Below are positions 36,539 through 46,806 of a DNA stretch of 64,000 bases, piece after piece. The notes under the pieces were generated by a model. It saw only the letters and a program-made list of their open reading frames with translations, was not told where the DNA came from and did no database searches. The DNA is from Dehalococcoidia bacterium (GTDB taxonomy: Bacteria > Chloroflexota > Dehalococcoidia > Lucifugimonadales > Australimonadaceae). Both the position numbers and the translations under genes were made by a program. The stretch is from assembly GCA_034422075.1 (NCBI GenBank), contig DAOUJX010000006.1:462-64461 (forward strand), written 5' to 3'. The stretch's first letter is position 1. Every line of letters starts with the position of its first letter.

Positions 36539-37330
36539 CTACCCCTCCTCGACAATGCGTGCGCCCCTGGCGAGGCGGCCAAAGATGTCGGTGCCCGAGG
36601 TGAGTGCGCCGTCGGCCGGCAGGTTCGCGCCGCTGATGAAGGAGGCGTCATCGGAGGCAAGGAAGGCGATGGCGCTCGCGATCTCCCCGGGCTCGGCGAC
36701 GCGGCGCAGGGGGTAGAGCGCACCGACGCGCTCCCAGTAGCCCTCATCGCGTGGCCCGCCGCCGATGGTTGTGCGCACGGTGCCTGGTGATACGACGTTG
36801 CAGCGCAGCCCGCGCGGCCCGTAAGTGGCGGCGATGGTGCGCGTAAGCGATGTAACGCCTGCCTTGGCCGCGCTGTAGCCGTCTTGTGCGATGGCCATCA
36901 TTCCATTGACGGACGACACGTTGACGATGCTCGCGCCCGGGCAGCGCTCAAGTAGGCGCGGCAGCGCGAGCCTTGTGCAGAGGTAGAAGCTCTTGAGATT
37001 GACGTCCAGTTCCCACTGCCACTCGGCTTCGGTCATGTCGGCGAGCGCCTTGCCGGTAGTCGAGCCCGCGTTGTTGACCAAGATGTCCACGCCGCCGAAT
37101 CGCGCGACCGCAGCCTCGACCATCGCGGCAACGTCAGCCTCGATGGTGGCATCTGCATGGACGTAGGCAGCCTTGTCGCCAAGCGACTTGGCCAGCGCCG
37201 CGCCCGCATCGTCATCAACGTCGGCTAGCAGCACGTGTGCGCCCTCATCAACGAATCGCCGGACGGTCGCTGCGCCGATGCCCTTGGCGCCGCCGGTGAC
37301 GAGCGCGGTCTTGCCCTTGAACCGCGCCAC
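36539..37330 (-). CDS. Short-chain dehydrogenase/reductase (classical SDR)
   Basis: TGGAKGIG, NNAG, NVSS, YSAAK, ISGANLPADG. Confidence 0.95.
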   Translation of the reverse strand: MARFKGKTALVTGGAKGIGAATVRRFVDEGAHVLLADVDDDAGAALAKSLGDKAAYVHADATIEADVAAMVEAAVARFGGVDILVNNAGSTTGKALADMTEAEWQWELDVNLKSFYLCTRLALPRLLERCPGASIVNVSSVNGMMAIAQDGYSAAKAGVTSLTRTIAATYGPRGLRCNVVSPGTVRTTIGGGPRDEGYWERVGALYPLRRVAEPGEIASAIAFLASDDASFISGANLPADGALTSGTDIFGRLARGARIVEEG

Positions 37331-37674
37331 TAAGCCGACTTCACGTCGCCGACCAGCACGTCGTCACCCTCTACCCTCAGCTCGTAGGTGGCGATCGTGT
37401 GGGCATTGCGCTCGCCCTGGCCGGTGGTGGCGTTGAACATCCAGCCGTGCCAAGGGCAGGTGACGACACCGTCCCTGATGGTGCCGGCGCCAAGCGTGCC
37501 GCCCATATGAGGGCAGACGTAGTTGGTAGCGTAGAAGTTGCCGCCATCGTTGAAGACGGCCATCGGCTTCATGCGCCACGGGCCGCCGGTGGCTGTCACC
37601 GGGCGCCCCTCTCCGTCGGGCACGTCCGACACCTGACAAACCTTCGTGTACTCCGCAGGCGTTTCGCTAGTCAT
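37330..37674 (-). CDS. Rieske [2Fe-2S] ferredoxin
   Basis: CPHMGG...CPWHGW. Confidence 0.93.
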   Translation of the reverse strand: MTSETPAEYTKVCQVSDVPDGEGRPVTATGGPWRMKPMAVFNDGGNFYATNYVCPHMGGTLGAGTIRDGVVTCPWHGWMFNATTGQGERNAHTIATYELRVEGDDVLVGDVKSA

Positions 37675-39714
37675 TTGCGCCTCCTAGGCGTGAGTAGGGA
37701 ATGCCAAGCCTCCACCGCGCCAATATACAACAGTGGGAGGGGAGGTTAGGAGTAGAGCCTGGGGCACCGGCTCTTCTATGCCGACTCGTACAGCCACGGG
37801 AGCATTACAGCCTATGTCAAACCAACGTTGAGCGGCCCAAAGACTCAGCATAGACGATCAGCGAAGTGATGGCTGCAAGACTGTTCACAGCGGTTGGGAA
37901 GTGAAGAGATTCTCGACGGCACTCCTGGAATAGTAGTCCCATGGAACTCTCGGCAAAACTGAGCAAGTGGAGATTCAGCAATTGCTGAGTCCTTACTGGT
38001 CACTGCTGTTGCCATGCCAGTTGCTATTCTGCTCATGGAAGCTGCACTTCTTGCAGTAACTGCCTATCGAGCTGGCTTGTCGGCAACCGAGATCTTGGGA
38101 AGCTTCATCTTCGGGTCCGCCGAACCGCTCGCCAAAGCCTACACAGGACCTTTCGTAGCTGGCCATGTCATCGTCGGCGTGCTTTGCTTCCCCCTCCAAT
38201 TCATCTGGTAAGGTGTGACCTCCAGCTGCCTAGCTGTTGGGATCTGTGCAAATGCATTGGCGCTAGGTCGGCTTCTACCTTCGTTAAATGCCGCCAAAAC
38301 AGTGCCACGATTTGAGCCTAACCGTGTCTTCGGATTCCGTACCGCATCCACATGATGGCTAAAGAGGCATCATCTATGGCGGCCGACACTTCTCAGTTGG
38401 AATGGAGTCGAGCCCTTCTTGTGCCTTGAGCAGGTACGCCTTCGGCTATCCTGAATTCGCGCAGCTCGTCGCGAAAAGGCATTGCCGCGAACAGGAGGAA
38501 GTTCATGAGGCTTCAAGTAGCGGCCATAGCTGGCGTCATTGGCTTCTATTGCCATGTCCATGCTTTGGGTCGTGCTATCGACCGTAGCCTTTCTGCAGGT
38601 ACGGGCTGGCTGCCATGTCACGAGGGCCTCGATTACAGCGGCGTCATTCTTCGAGTTTGCGCTGCGGGGCTTGTTCACCCCCGACTCCTCTAAGCGCGCT
38701 GCTTGCACGTCATTCGTCTTCGCTAGCCAGGCTCTCGGGACGACAGCCATTCTCTGAATGGCGTTTCCCATTTGTACCTTAGGACAGGGCCACCCCGACG
38801 TTCATTGATTCCGCAGTTTGTCCAACTGTTGCTTCCATCTTGGCTGCCCGCATGCACAACCTAATTCTTGATCTGCTCGACTTGAAAGATTACTGGCGCA
38901 CCTACGCCCGTGAGATTGAAGAACACGATGTGGGGCTCTGAAGTTGGGGGATGGGATTGCTTCTTGAACTTTCCTATGGCATCTATCAAGGCATCATCGG
39001 ATTTGTTGTAAGGGCCAGGACTCGGTTCTCCTACATCCCCCAAGATGGCTCTTCAAGCACGCATACACGGCATTCGCAGAGCCTCCTCGTCTGAGGTGTG
39101 AAGCGCCTTGGCACCTATCCAACTACCCGTTTCCAAGAATAGGTCAGGCGTTCCTTCTGCAGCCCAGAACTCCGGGGTTCCCAGGCCACGGTAGGGGCCC
39201 CTAGCAAATGCACAATCCTCCATAATCGCTGCACCCTTTGGTTATGTTGGCTGTTGCGGACGCTCTCCATCGGATACTCTCGCTTGACCTTAGCCCCCAA
39301 TGGTTGTTTCGCTCCATTCCTGAACTTTCCTAAGGGCCTCCGATAGGGCTTGCGTTTCCTGCCGTTGCTTGCTGGTTGCATTGGCGATCCAGCATTCGCC
39401 AGCAGTAACTGGATCGGGGACTCCAGGAGATACGCCACTCAAGAAATCACGTAGCGTTCCCTCCTCTCTCTGGCCTGCCGCTCGGTTTTGGACCACCGAT
39501 GTCGAGGGCCTGCAAGCGCCCCGTTTCACCCCGTGTCCTTAGCGAGATTCAGTTTCCCGATTTCACCGGTACCCAAGTACACCAGGCCCGATTCAGCCTT
39601 ACCCGGCCCCCAACCCCGCTCCCTCGAGCGTTGCGAGATAGTACTATGGCGCGGGGTGACTGCGGCCCGCCGCAGCACCCTAGATCCGAAGTACAGCCTT
39701 AGCGAGGAGCTGCA

Positions 39715-40248
39715 ATGATAGGCAGAATGCTGGGCGCGGCCCAACTGAAGGCCGCCACTTACGAAGAGGTGGAGCACGACCAGAGCGCCATGGTACAGGC
39801 GCTCCTCGTGGTGATCATTGTCACCATAGCTACCATTGTCGGCCAGCTCTTGGGGAGTACGGACGATGTCGACGCAGTGAGAGCGTTGGGCATCGGCATC
39901 GTGCGAGGAGTGGCGGGTTGGGCGCTGTGGGCGCTCGTCATCTGGATAATTGGGGGCGCGATACTGAAGACGGAGCACACCGAAGCCAACTGGGGACAGA
40001 TAGCGCGCGGCACTGGGTTCGCCCAGACTCCCGGCATCTTGAATGTGCTTGTCTTTATCTCGGCAATCGGCCTGCTCATCGGCCTGGTGACATTCGTCTG
40101 GACATTCGTGGCTACGCTCATTGCCGTACGTCAGACCCTTGACTACACGTCCACCTGGCGAGCGTTCTTCGTCATCCTGCTCGCCCTCATCCCGGTGGCC
40201 ATTCTGAACATCATCGTCTTCTTCCTCACGGGTGGGAGCATAGACTGA
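39715..40248 (+). CDS. YIP1-family membrane protein
   Basis: GAGGAG RBS; five hydrophobic segments, RGTGFAQTPG, AVRQTLDY. Confidence 0.75.
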   Translation: MIGRMLGAAQLKAATYEEVEHDQSAMVQALLVVIIVTIATIVGQLLGSTDDVDAVRALGIGIVRGVAGWALWALVIWIIGGAILKTEHTEANWGQIARGTGFAQTPGILNVLVFISAIGLLIGLVTFVWTFVATLIAVRQTLDYTSTWRAFFVILLALIPVAILNIIVFFLTGGSID

Positions 40249-40374
40249 GCGATGTCCTAGCCTCTCACGCCCGAGGAAAGCACGTTAGGCGGCGCAGGCA
40301 CTAGGTCGCACACGAGTTCGCCGTTCTACGGGCTCGCTTGATGGCGCGTCCCAACCGTCGCCGTCGAGGCCCGG

Positions 40375-40977
40375 CTACTTGCTCTCGAAAAAGTCCAGGT
40401 CGACTGCGAATGCGGCAGCCAAGACGAGGGCTTGGAAGTCATCGTCACCGTGCATGGCCGGCAACTCCACCTGGAAGGTGTCTGCGTCTGTGAACGTCTC
40501 CCTGCCAATGCCGCTCCACTGTTTCGTGATCTTGCCTGTCTCCTGACCGTTCTGCCTAACCGTGAAGGTATAGCGCCTGAACAGAGGGCCGGTAACCTCA
40601 GCCACAGCGCGCCCGTGCGCATCTTCGATTGACAGCCTCCGAGTCGGAAAACTGAGCCTGCGGCGTATTGCGCCGATGGGCCGGCCATTGCCATCGTGCA
40701 ATCTCAAATGCGAGAAGAACCAGAAGAAGTTGCGGCTCGCCACCAGGATGTCCCGGCCATCCAGACCGGCGATGTGCAGCGTCAGGGGCCGATTTCGCTT
40801 CAGAAATACCCTGCTCAAGCCCCCCGACTCTTCATAGGCCCACAACACCGTCTGGCCGGCAGGTGTGAGCACTTCGTAGCGGTTTCTTGTCTCGATGCCC
40901 GTAATGGCCTCCAAGCCTTCGATTCTCTGCTTGACGACAAGCCGACCATCCGGCGCTATATCCCGTATGGACACCAC
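40375..40977 (-). CDS. Phospholipid scramblase / LURP-one-like protein
   Basis: GIETRNRYEV, GKITKQWSG, FTDADTF, AAFAVDLDFFE. Confidence 0.85.
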   Translation of the reverse strand: MVSIRDIAPDGRLVVKQRIEGLEAITGIETRNRYEVLTPAGQTVLWAYEESGGLSRVFLKRNRPLTLHIAGLDGRDILVASRNFFWFFSHLRLHDGNGRPIGAIRRRLSFPTRRLSIEDAHGRAVAEVTGPLFRRYTFTVRQNGQETGKITKQWSGIGRETFTDADTFQVELPAMHGDDDFQALVLAAAFAVDLDFFESK

Positions 40978-41265
40978 AGCCTCCTTTCGGTTGTAGGCAT
41001 TCCAGCCTGTCCAGCTCCTCGTCCTAACTGCCCATTAGACGAAACGCGCCTGAGAGGGAGCCGCGCGAAGAGAAAGGTGGGGTGGACTGTCTCTCGCTCT
41101 CGGGCGCGTAGCCTTAACGATTTCACCCGATACGCGGCATTGTACCAGCGCTTTGGGAGAGCACATGAGGCAATATGGTCATGCTTGCAGGTGCGAGCCG
41201 GAGCCCCGAGAACCGGGCCGGGGTTGGCCCGTTGATATGGTCGCCTCCCGCGCTCCTGGCAACAC

Positions 41266-42192
41266 TCACCCCGAAAGGCTTAGATCCTTGCGCGCGTACG
41301 TCGTGATGCCGTCCGACCAATCGAAGCGCCGCGCGACCCAGTGCATCGCACGCAGGAGCGGCGCGGAAGGGCCCAGGAGCCGCGTCTTGTGCAGGAGGCG
41401 TACCGGCGCGTAGAGCCCCTCGTTGGTATCGTCTGCATCCACCACGCCGGCCAGCGTCGCTGTTTCGGTCACCCGGAACGTTTCGAGCCCGACGTCGGCC
41501 AACATCCGGGTCAGCGTGCGGCGAGAAAAGTAGTAGACGTGCTCTGGCATGCTGTAGTGCCGCCAGCGAGCCCCTATCACCCGAGGCCACAGCCCTTCTA
41601 CGTCGTGCGTTCCCACGATAAGCACCCCGCCTGGCTTCAACAGCCGATGGACCGACCGCAACACGCTCTTGGGGTCCGGCAGGTGCTCGATGGTCAGAAG
41701 CATCGTCACGAGGTCGACGCTGTCGGACGGGAGAGCCACGTCGTCCATGGTGCCGGTGAAGACCTCCAGCTCGAACTCGCGGCGAGCGTATTCCGTCGCG
41801 TACGCAGACACGTCCACGCCGTAGGGCGCCCAGCCTCTCCGGCGCAGCTGGTCTAGCACGATGCCCATGCCGCAGCCGACATCCAGCGCCACGCCAGGCG
41901 TCACACCCTTGAGCGGACGCAGCAGCTCGCCGACCACGAACCGTAGGTGGTTCGTCAGCGCCATGTAGTTGGAGTAGCCAACACGCAGCTTGTCGTATTC
42001 GCTGCCGCCGCCGTAGTAGTCGCCCTCGTTGTAGATTGTCGCAAGCTCCCTTGCAGCCGGACGGGGATTGATGAACACCAAGCGGCACTCGCGGCACCGC
42101 ACGACCGTATAGCCCTTGATAACGTGCAGCGGCGAGTGCTCCTCTGACCCGCACAAATTGCAGGCCACGGTCTCATAGCGCGTCTGCGTCAT
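41266..42192 (-). CDS. Class I SAM-dependent methyltransferase with N-terminal Zn-binding CxxC...CxxC
   Basis: CNLC...CREC, LDVGCGMG, TIEHLPDP, PEHVYYFS. Confidence 0.88.
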   Translation of the reverse strand: MTQTRYETVACNLCGSEEHSPLHVIKGYTVVRCRECRLVFINPRPAARELATIYNEGDYYGGGSEYDKLRVGYSNYMALTNHLRFVVGELLRPLKGVTPGVALDVGCGMGIVLDQLRRRGWAPYGVDVSAYATEYARREFELEVFTGTMDDVALPSDSVDLVTMLLTIEHLPDPKSVLRSVHRLLKPGGVLIVGTHDVEGLWPRVIGARWRHYSMPEHVYYFSRRTLTRMLADVGLETFRVTETATLAGVVDADDTNEGLYAPVRLLHKTRLLGPSAPLLRAMHWVARRFDWSDGITTYARKDLSLSG

Positions 42193-42285
42193 GCGATGCC
42201 TCCGTGTTGCGCTTGCGTTGGCAACGTAGACATGAGTCTAGCCGGCGCTTTCGCCAGAATGAGGAGAAGGGTGGCGTGCGGCGCT

Positions 42286-42299
42286 TGGCGGAGGGAGTG
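42286..42299 (-). other. tRNA 3' fragment (probably Ser), att-like site
   Basis: Minus strand CACTCCCTCCGCCA = acceptor-stem 3' strand + G discriminator + CCA; no T-loop or 5' half present. Confidence 0.55.
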
Positions 42300-42630
42300 T
42301 CATCCGCACTACAGCTGGTTTGGGCGTGAACTGGAAGCTTATTGGCCTCTTATCCCACAATTCATCCCACAGCTTCGGCTTGGTGAGACCGGCTAGAGGG
42401 AAAACCAGTCAAAGTACCAGCCGTGATGCCAGGTTCGATAGATGGTACCCACGACTACAACTCATTGGTATCCGGCTCAGTTACCTAGCGTCCCCAAACG
42501 CAACCCACGCGCGTTCGAATTCAGCACGGTGGGCCGAAGTGTACTGAACTGCGAACGCTTCGCTGGGGGGGGGGGGCTGCAACAAGTCGGACGGCCGACC
42601 CAAGTAGAGAGCAAGGCTCCGGCTGCCTCG

Positions 42631-43593
42631 CTAAAGCAGAATCCTCTCACTAATTTGCGTGCCGTTAGCATTTTCAAAAATAATGTCGTTCACTGCTGAA
42701 AGAGGTATGTCCCCCGCCTCGTATCTTTTGATGACCTCCTCGACTTCAGTTGGAGTATACAGGCCGCGGGCGGTTACGCGGGCTTTGAAGTCGCACCTCT
42801 CCCCTGCGATAGCTAATACCTGCTGTAGCGCCTTTTCAGCGCGTTCCCTCATTGACGACCTGAAGTGGAGGAATCGAAGTTCTCGCCAGTAGAAGTAATA
42901 GTCGCCCAGATTACGGTTTTCCCCGTAGTAGATTTCCCGAGCTGCCCACCCTATCGGAAGCGTGGCTTGCAGGATGCGAAGCCTTTGGGTCCGCGTGGCT
43001 TCACTAAAGTCAAACGCAGGTGTATTCCTGCGTTGCCCAGTCATCTTTTCCATGGCCCACTGGGGCATTAGGTTATCGTTAACATCGACCTCAACCAGGT
43101 CTTCGACTAACCTCTTGAGTAATCCGCTGGGATATTTTTCAGGAAGGTAAACATGAACCATGCATTTGTCATCTAGCTCAACCGTCTCGAGGTGCGGGTA
43201 GTTCGGCGATCCTGGCGATTCTGCGGTAGGTATCTCCTGGATCAGGTTGCCGTTTGTTGTTTTTCTCACGCCGTGGACGAGTACCGGTCTGAAAGGCAGC
43301 CCATCTCGGTCGTCGGGTGTGAATACCACTTCCAGCCACGCCTCGTGTTCTGTCAGGAGCGTGGTTGCCACAGAGCTAACAAAGCTGTCCGTCCCGCGTC
43401 CGTTATCCCACAGTGAGAGGGCCTTCTTGATCTGACTGCCGGATATTCCTTGGGCTGACAACTCGTACGCACCTCCCATGTCACGATGTGGGACAATGTG
43501 GAGATTGAAGTCCTCTAGGAGGAGGAACGTTTGGGTTGAATGATGCCATATCCCTGGTTCGCGTGGAAACCAACGTGAAGTACGGCTTGTCAT
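42631..43593 (-). CDS. Hypothetical 320-aa protein, possible phage-portal-like fold
   Basis: Long open frame with ATGA overlap to the upstream gene; segment pattern recalls HK97-type portals (see findings); unverified. Confidence 0.6.
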   Translation of the reverse strand: MTSRTSRWFPREPGIWHHSTQTFLLLEDFNLHIVPHRDMGGAYELSAQGISGSQIKKALSLWDNGRGTDSFVSSVATTLLTEHEAWLEVVFTPDDRDGLPFRPVLVHGVRKTTNGNLIQEIPTAESPGSPNYPHLETVELDDKCMVHVYLPEKYPSGLLKRLVEDLVEVDVNDNLMPQWAMEKMTGQRRNTPAFDFSEATRTQRLRILQATLPIGWAAREIYYGENRNLGDYYFYWRELRFLHFRSSMRERAEKALQQVLAIAGERCDFKARVTARGLYTPTEVEEVIKRYEAGDIPLSAVNDIIFENANGTQISERILL

Positions 43594-46193
43594 GAGAGGC
43601 CGTCCTGCGTGTCGTCGAAAACGGTCTCTGCGGCTTCGTCATTCCCGTTGTCATTCTGTGCAGTCATAGAGTCCTTCTTCTCGAAATAGTGTCGTAGGCT
43701 ACGGCGGTTTCTCAGGGTATCCTCTGCTTCTCCACTAAGTGGTCCGATTATCTCTGCAGCGAAAATAGTGCGAGGTTTCAGAAATATTGACCGCAATTGT
43801 TCAGTTACACCAAGCATCTTGATGAGTGGTGGCGCATTCCAGGCAGGCTGCTCTTCAACGAAAGGAATGAATTCGGGAGCCGCAAATCCAGCCTCAACAA
43901 TTTTGCCAGTTAGGTGGATTTCCCAATCAGTCCTCGCTACATCCCTTGGTGAGATATTCAGCGAGGTATAGCCATCTTTCAGTTCTAGCCAATCCAAGAT
44001 CCGCCTTGCGGCCTGGTCTGGTTGAGGAAACGACTGGATACGGTTTATCCAAGCTTGGCGGATAGGGATGTCCGACTGGTCGCCCCGAAGCGTCGCGTAT
44101 ATGATTGCTAGTCCAGAGAGCTCAAGGATATCAACGGTTGGGTCCAAGATGGAGGCATTCACTTGGTGGGTTGGGGCCTGATAGGTTGAGAGTACGTGGT
44201 TCTGCAAGACAAGGCTGGCGGACAGGGCCTTAGGGAAGACCGCCTTAACCAAGGCGACATCTCCGGTCGCAATCGCTTCCTCTGTGTGGTGAATGAGGAT
44301 AAATGAGGCTTCACCAAATAGGTCTGGTTCGGACTTTGTTTGGTCCGGTCGAAGCTGTGTAAGGGCCTCGGCGATTCGCTGAAGGACTTCTGTTCTGCAG
44401 GTTTTCACAAGCTGGCCTATCTCTTCGAATTCCTCGGTCTCTTGCCGGTCGCCTCCCACACGCAGAGTTTCAAGGGCATCTGCTGCTTGAGGTAGGGCGC
44501 CAGCGATGAGCTGGACTTTCACGAGAGCTTGAAGGGCTTGTGACCCTGCCATGGCGTTGACTTCTGGCGACAGACCCGTAGAGGTTGGCTTGAGAAAGCT
44601 ATCTAGATGCTTGGGGAGCTCCTTGGCGAACTCTCGAAGTGAGAAGATACACACGTTCGCCAAGGCAAACCTTAGATACCAGTCAGGAGTCCCGCGGCGT
44701 CCCTGAATGTCTTGCTCCGCTTTAACTTCGCTTAGTAACTGCTGAGCGGCCTTCCACACGCGGTCAGAGCCACGGACTCGGACTGTATTCGTGGTCCTGT
44801 GGTCCCACTTGGTATCATTGACGACCGCCTTAATCACATCCGGCCAGTCGATAATAGCTTCTCGCCATCCCAAGAGGAGACTTGTCAGAAACAGAGGAGG
44901 CGCTGCAGCTGCAGCGACCGCCGCAGGGTTCTCTACCTCAATGCTCCAGCAGCGGTCTCTAACAATGGCTGAAAATGCGATGGCATCATCAATGCGGTAG
45001 TTTTTCGCCAAGATGTGAGCCGTCGTCGCAACTTGGTTTGTGATTCGGAGGACCGAGTTTCGATCATTCGCGTCAACGCAAGCCTCTAGAGCGGTTGAGG
45101 CAACCTCCGCCGACCGCCTTTCGAGCCAGCTAGTCGAAGGCTCCAAACGGGCCTGAAGCGGGGTTGAAGTCTGCAGTGCCATAGAAGTCTCTGAATGGCT
45201 GGCTTCTACCCACTTTGGGTAAACGGGTTCTCGAATGAACCACTCGCTAGTCGGAGCCAGCAAGTGTTTCCTCTGAGCATAGTGTTGAACGAGGGCAAGA
45301 AGCTTTTCGACCATATCAACAAGGCGTTCTCGGTCAACTGAACCACGGGAGCTAGTCAAGCCTATGAGTTCTGCCAAGACTAGCAATGCTCCATTTGCTT
45401 CTAGAGAAGCAACTCGTAACACTGCTTCGTTTTTGCCTAGTCCCTCCGAGCCGAGTCGGTCAATTGCTCTATACAGTGCCAGTAGCGGCACCCGGCCAAG
45501 CACAATCGGGTCGAATAGATTGAAAGCACCAATAGCGAGTCGAAAGAATGCCCAGCCACTGAATACGACCAAAAGACCGTAGCCGGCCACTGTGAAGTAT
45601 CCGTACGGTATCCCCAAGCTCTGCAGCAAAATAAGCGATAGGCCAGCGCCAATGGCTATGCCAACTGACTTTAGGTACAATCCTACACTGGGACTTCCAA
45701 GCACCAACTCTCTTACATTAGCTGAGACGTTGCTGTACGATTGGCCTAATACGATGCTTACGCTAGCGAGGTAAAATCCCAAGAGACTCGCCGAGACTTG
45801 GACCGCTAGAGTTGGGAATGTCCCTAGTGGTGGAATCGGCTCTTCTGACGGAATGAGATTAGGCCAAAAGTACTGGGCCAGAAGAAACTCTGTTAGTAGG
45901 AGAGTGGCGAAGAGGGTAGCTCCAATGAGGAAAGCGCGAATTAGCAAAAAGAAAGAACTTCTGATTATTCCTATATCGCGCCAGAAGAAATCAACAAGAG
46001 AGCCAATACGGTATCTCTGTGCGATGATCCGGAGTCTGCCAGAAGCGGCCCTCTCTCGATTGAGCCAGTAGTCCTCCGTTGACTGCTCTCTTACTCGGCG
46101 ACCCAGATTGCGAGCCTTAGAGCCGAAAGGCCAGCGGCACTCTGCTCTAGCCTCTTTCAGAATGGCCATGTATTCCCGAAACACCGTTTTCAT
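43590..46193 (-). CDS. Hypothetical 867-aa protein, N-terminal 4-TM (DUF2254-like) region + large helical cytoplasmic region
   Basis: Four hydrophobic segments within residues ~80-230, remainder soluble and Ala/Leu/Glu-rich; no catalytic motif recognised. Confidence 0.7.
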   Translation of the reverse strand: MKTVFREYMAILKEARAECRWPFGSKARNLGRRVREQSTEDYWLNRERAASGRLRIIAQRYRIGSLVDFFWRDIGIIRSSFFLLIRAFLIGATLFATLLLTEFLLAQYFWPNLIPSEEPIPPLGTFPTLAVQVSASLLGFYLASVSIVLGQSYSNVSANVRELVLGSPSVGLYLKSVGIAIGAGLSLILLQSLGIPYGYFTVAGYGLLVVFSGWAFFRLAIGAFNLFDPIVLGRVPLLALYRAIDRLGSEGLGKNEAVLRVASLEANGALLVLAELIGLTSSRGSVDRERLVDMVEKLLALVQHYAQRKHLLAPTSEWFIREPVYPKWVEASHSETSMALQTSTPLQARLEPSTSWLERRSAEVASTALEACVDANDRNSVLRITNQVATTAHILAKNYRIDDAIAFSAIVRDRCWSIEVENPAAVAAAAAPPLFLTSLLLGWREAIIDWPDVIKAVVNDTKWDHRTTNTVRVRGSDRVWKAAQQLLSEVKAEQDIQGRRGTPDWYLRFALANVCIFSLREFAKELPKHLDSFLKPTSTGLSPEVNAMAGSQALQALVKVQLIAGALPQAADALETLRVGGDRQETEEFEEIGQLVKTCRTEVLQRIAEALTQLRPDQTKSEPDLFGEASFILIHHTEEAIATGDVALVKAVFPKALSASLVLQNHVLSTYQAPTHQVNASILDPTVDILELSGLAIIYATLRGDQSDIPIRQAWINRIQSFPQPDQAARRILDWLELKDGYTSLNISPRDVARTDWEIHLTGKIVEAGFAAPEFIPFVEEQPAWNAPPLIKMLGVTEQLRSIFLKPRTIFAAEIIGPLSGEAEDTLRNRRSLRHYFEKKDSMTAQNDNGNDEAAETVFDDTQDGLS

Positions 46194-46332
46194 GTCGCGT
46201 GATCTCGAGTCTCGTCGCTGTTGCGATTGGATTCTATAGGCAAAGGATTGTTGGCATCCATCTCATGGCTTCCGTCTGGGTCTGTCTCCACAGACGTATC
46301 GACGAGGAGTCGGGTTGGATGACGTTCCCTGA

Positions 46333-46720
46333 CTATGGCAGTTCTCCCATAGGACGATAATCCGTCAGAGCTATTCTACAGCCTCCGGTAGATAGGCTGC
46401 GTGTGTCCAAGACAGGAAGCTCCTCCGGGTCGGCCTTCTTCATGGCAGCCCAACCACCTTCTGTACTGGTCCGCTGTGTCAGGATGGTCAACAGCCCTAG
46501 GGTGGAGTTCAGCCAGGCTACAAGGGTCTTCTCGGCTAGCACGTCCCCAACTCTGGTGGGCCACCACACATTAGACAGCACTCTCGTTTCTGATCGCATT
46601 TCAACGACTCTTGTGGTGTCGAGCCTCAGCCCTTCGGCGACGAGAAGACGTCCGGCCTTCGGCCATAGCTGAGCAACCGGCTCGAGTTAAACCAGCCTGA
46701 GCTCTGGCAAGCGGAGCCAG
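46333..46720 (-). pseudogene. C-terminal remnant of a type IIG restriction-modification enzyme (TRD region)
   Basis: LWPKAGRLLVAEGLRL...VLSNVWWP...EKTLVAWLNSTLGLL...GGWAAMKKAD.EELPVLD; upstream in-frame stop, no MTase or nuclease part. Confidence 0.6.
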
Positions 46721-46806
46721 GTGTTTGTCCGGTACGAAGACCAAATGCCTTCTTTGACCGGTGTGGTGATTCTCCATCATCGATAGGTAGTCATGGCACA
46801 GTACGC

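Noticed and set aside
41045-41108. 12-bp stem (cgcgcctgagag / ctctcgggcgcg) upstream of the scramblase gene as a riboswitch
   Set aside because: No match to any riboswitch core I recognise; could be an ordinary hairpin.
42565-42576. G12 homopolymer as a phase-variation tract
   Set aside because: Intergenic, downstream of a gene 3' end rather than in a promoter or CDS; may be a sequencing artefact.
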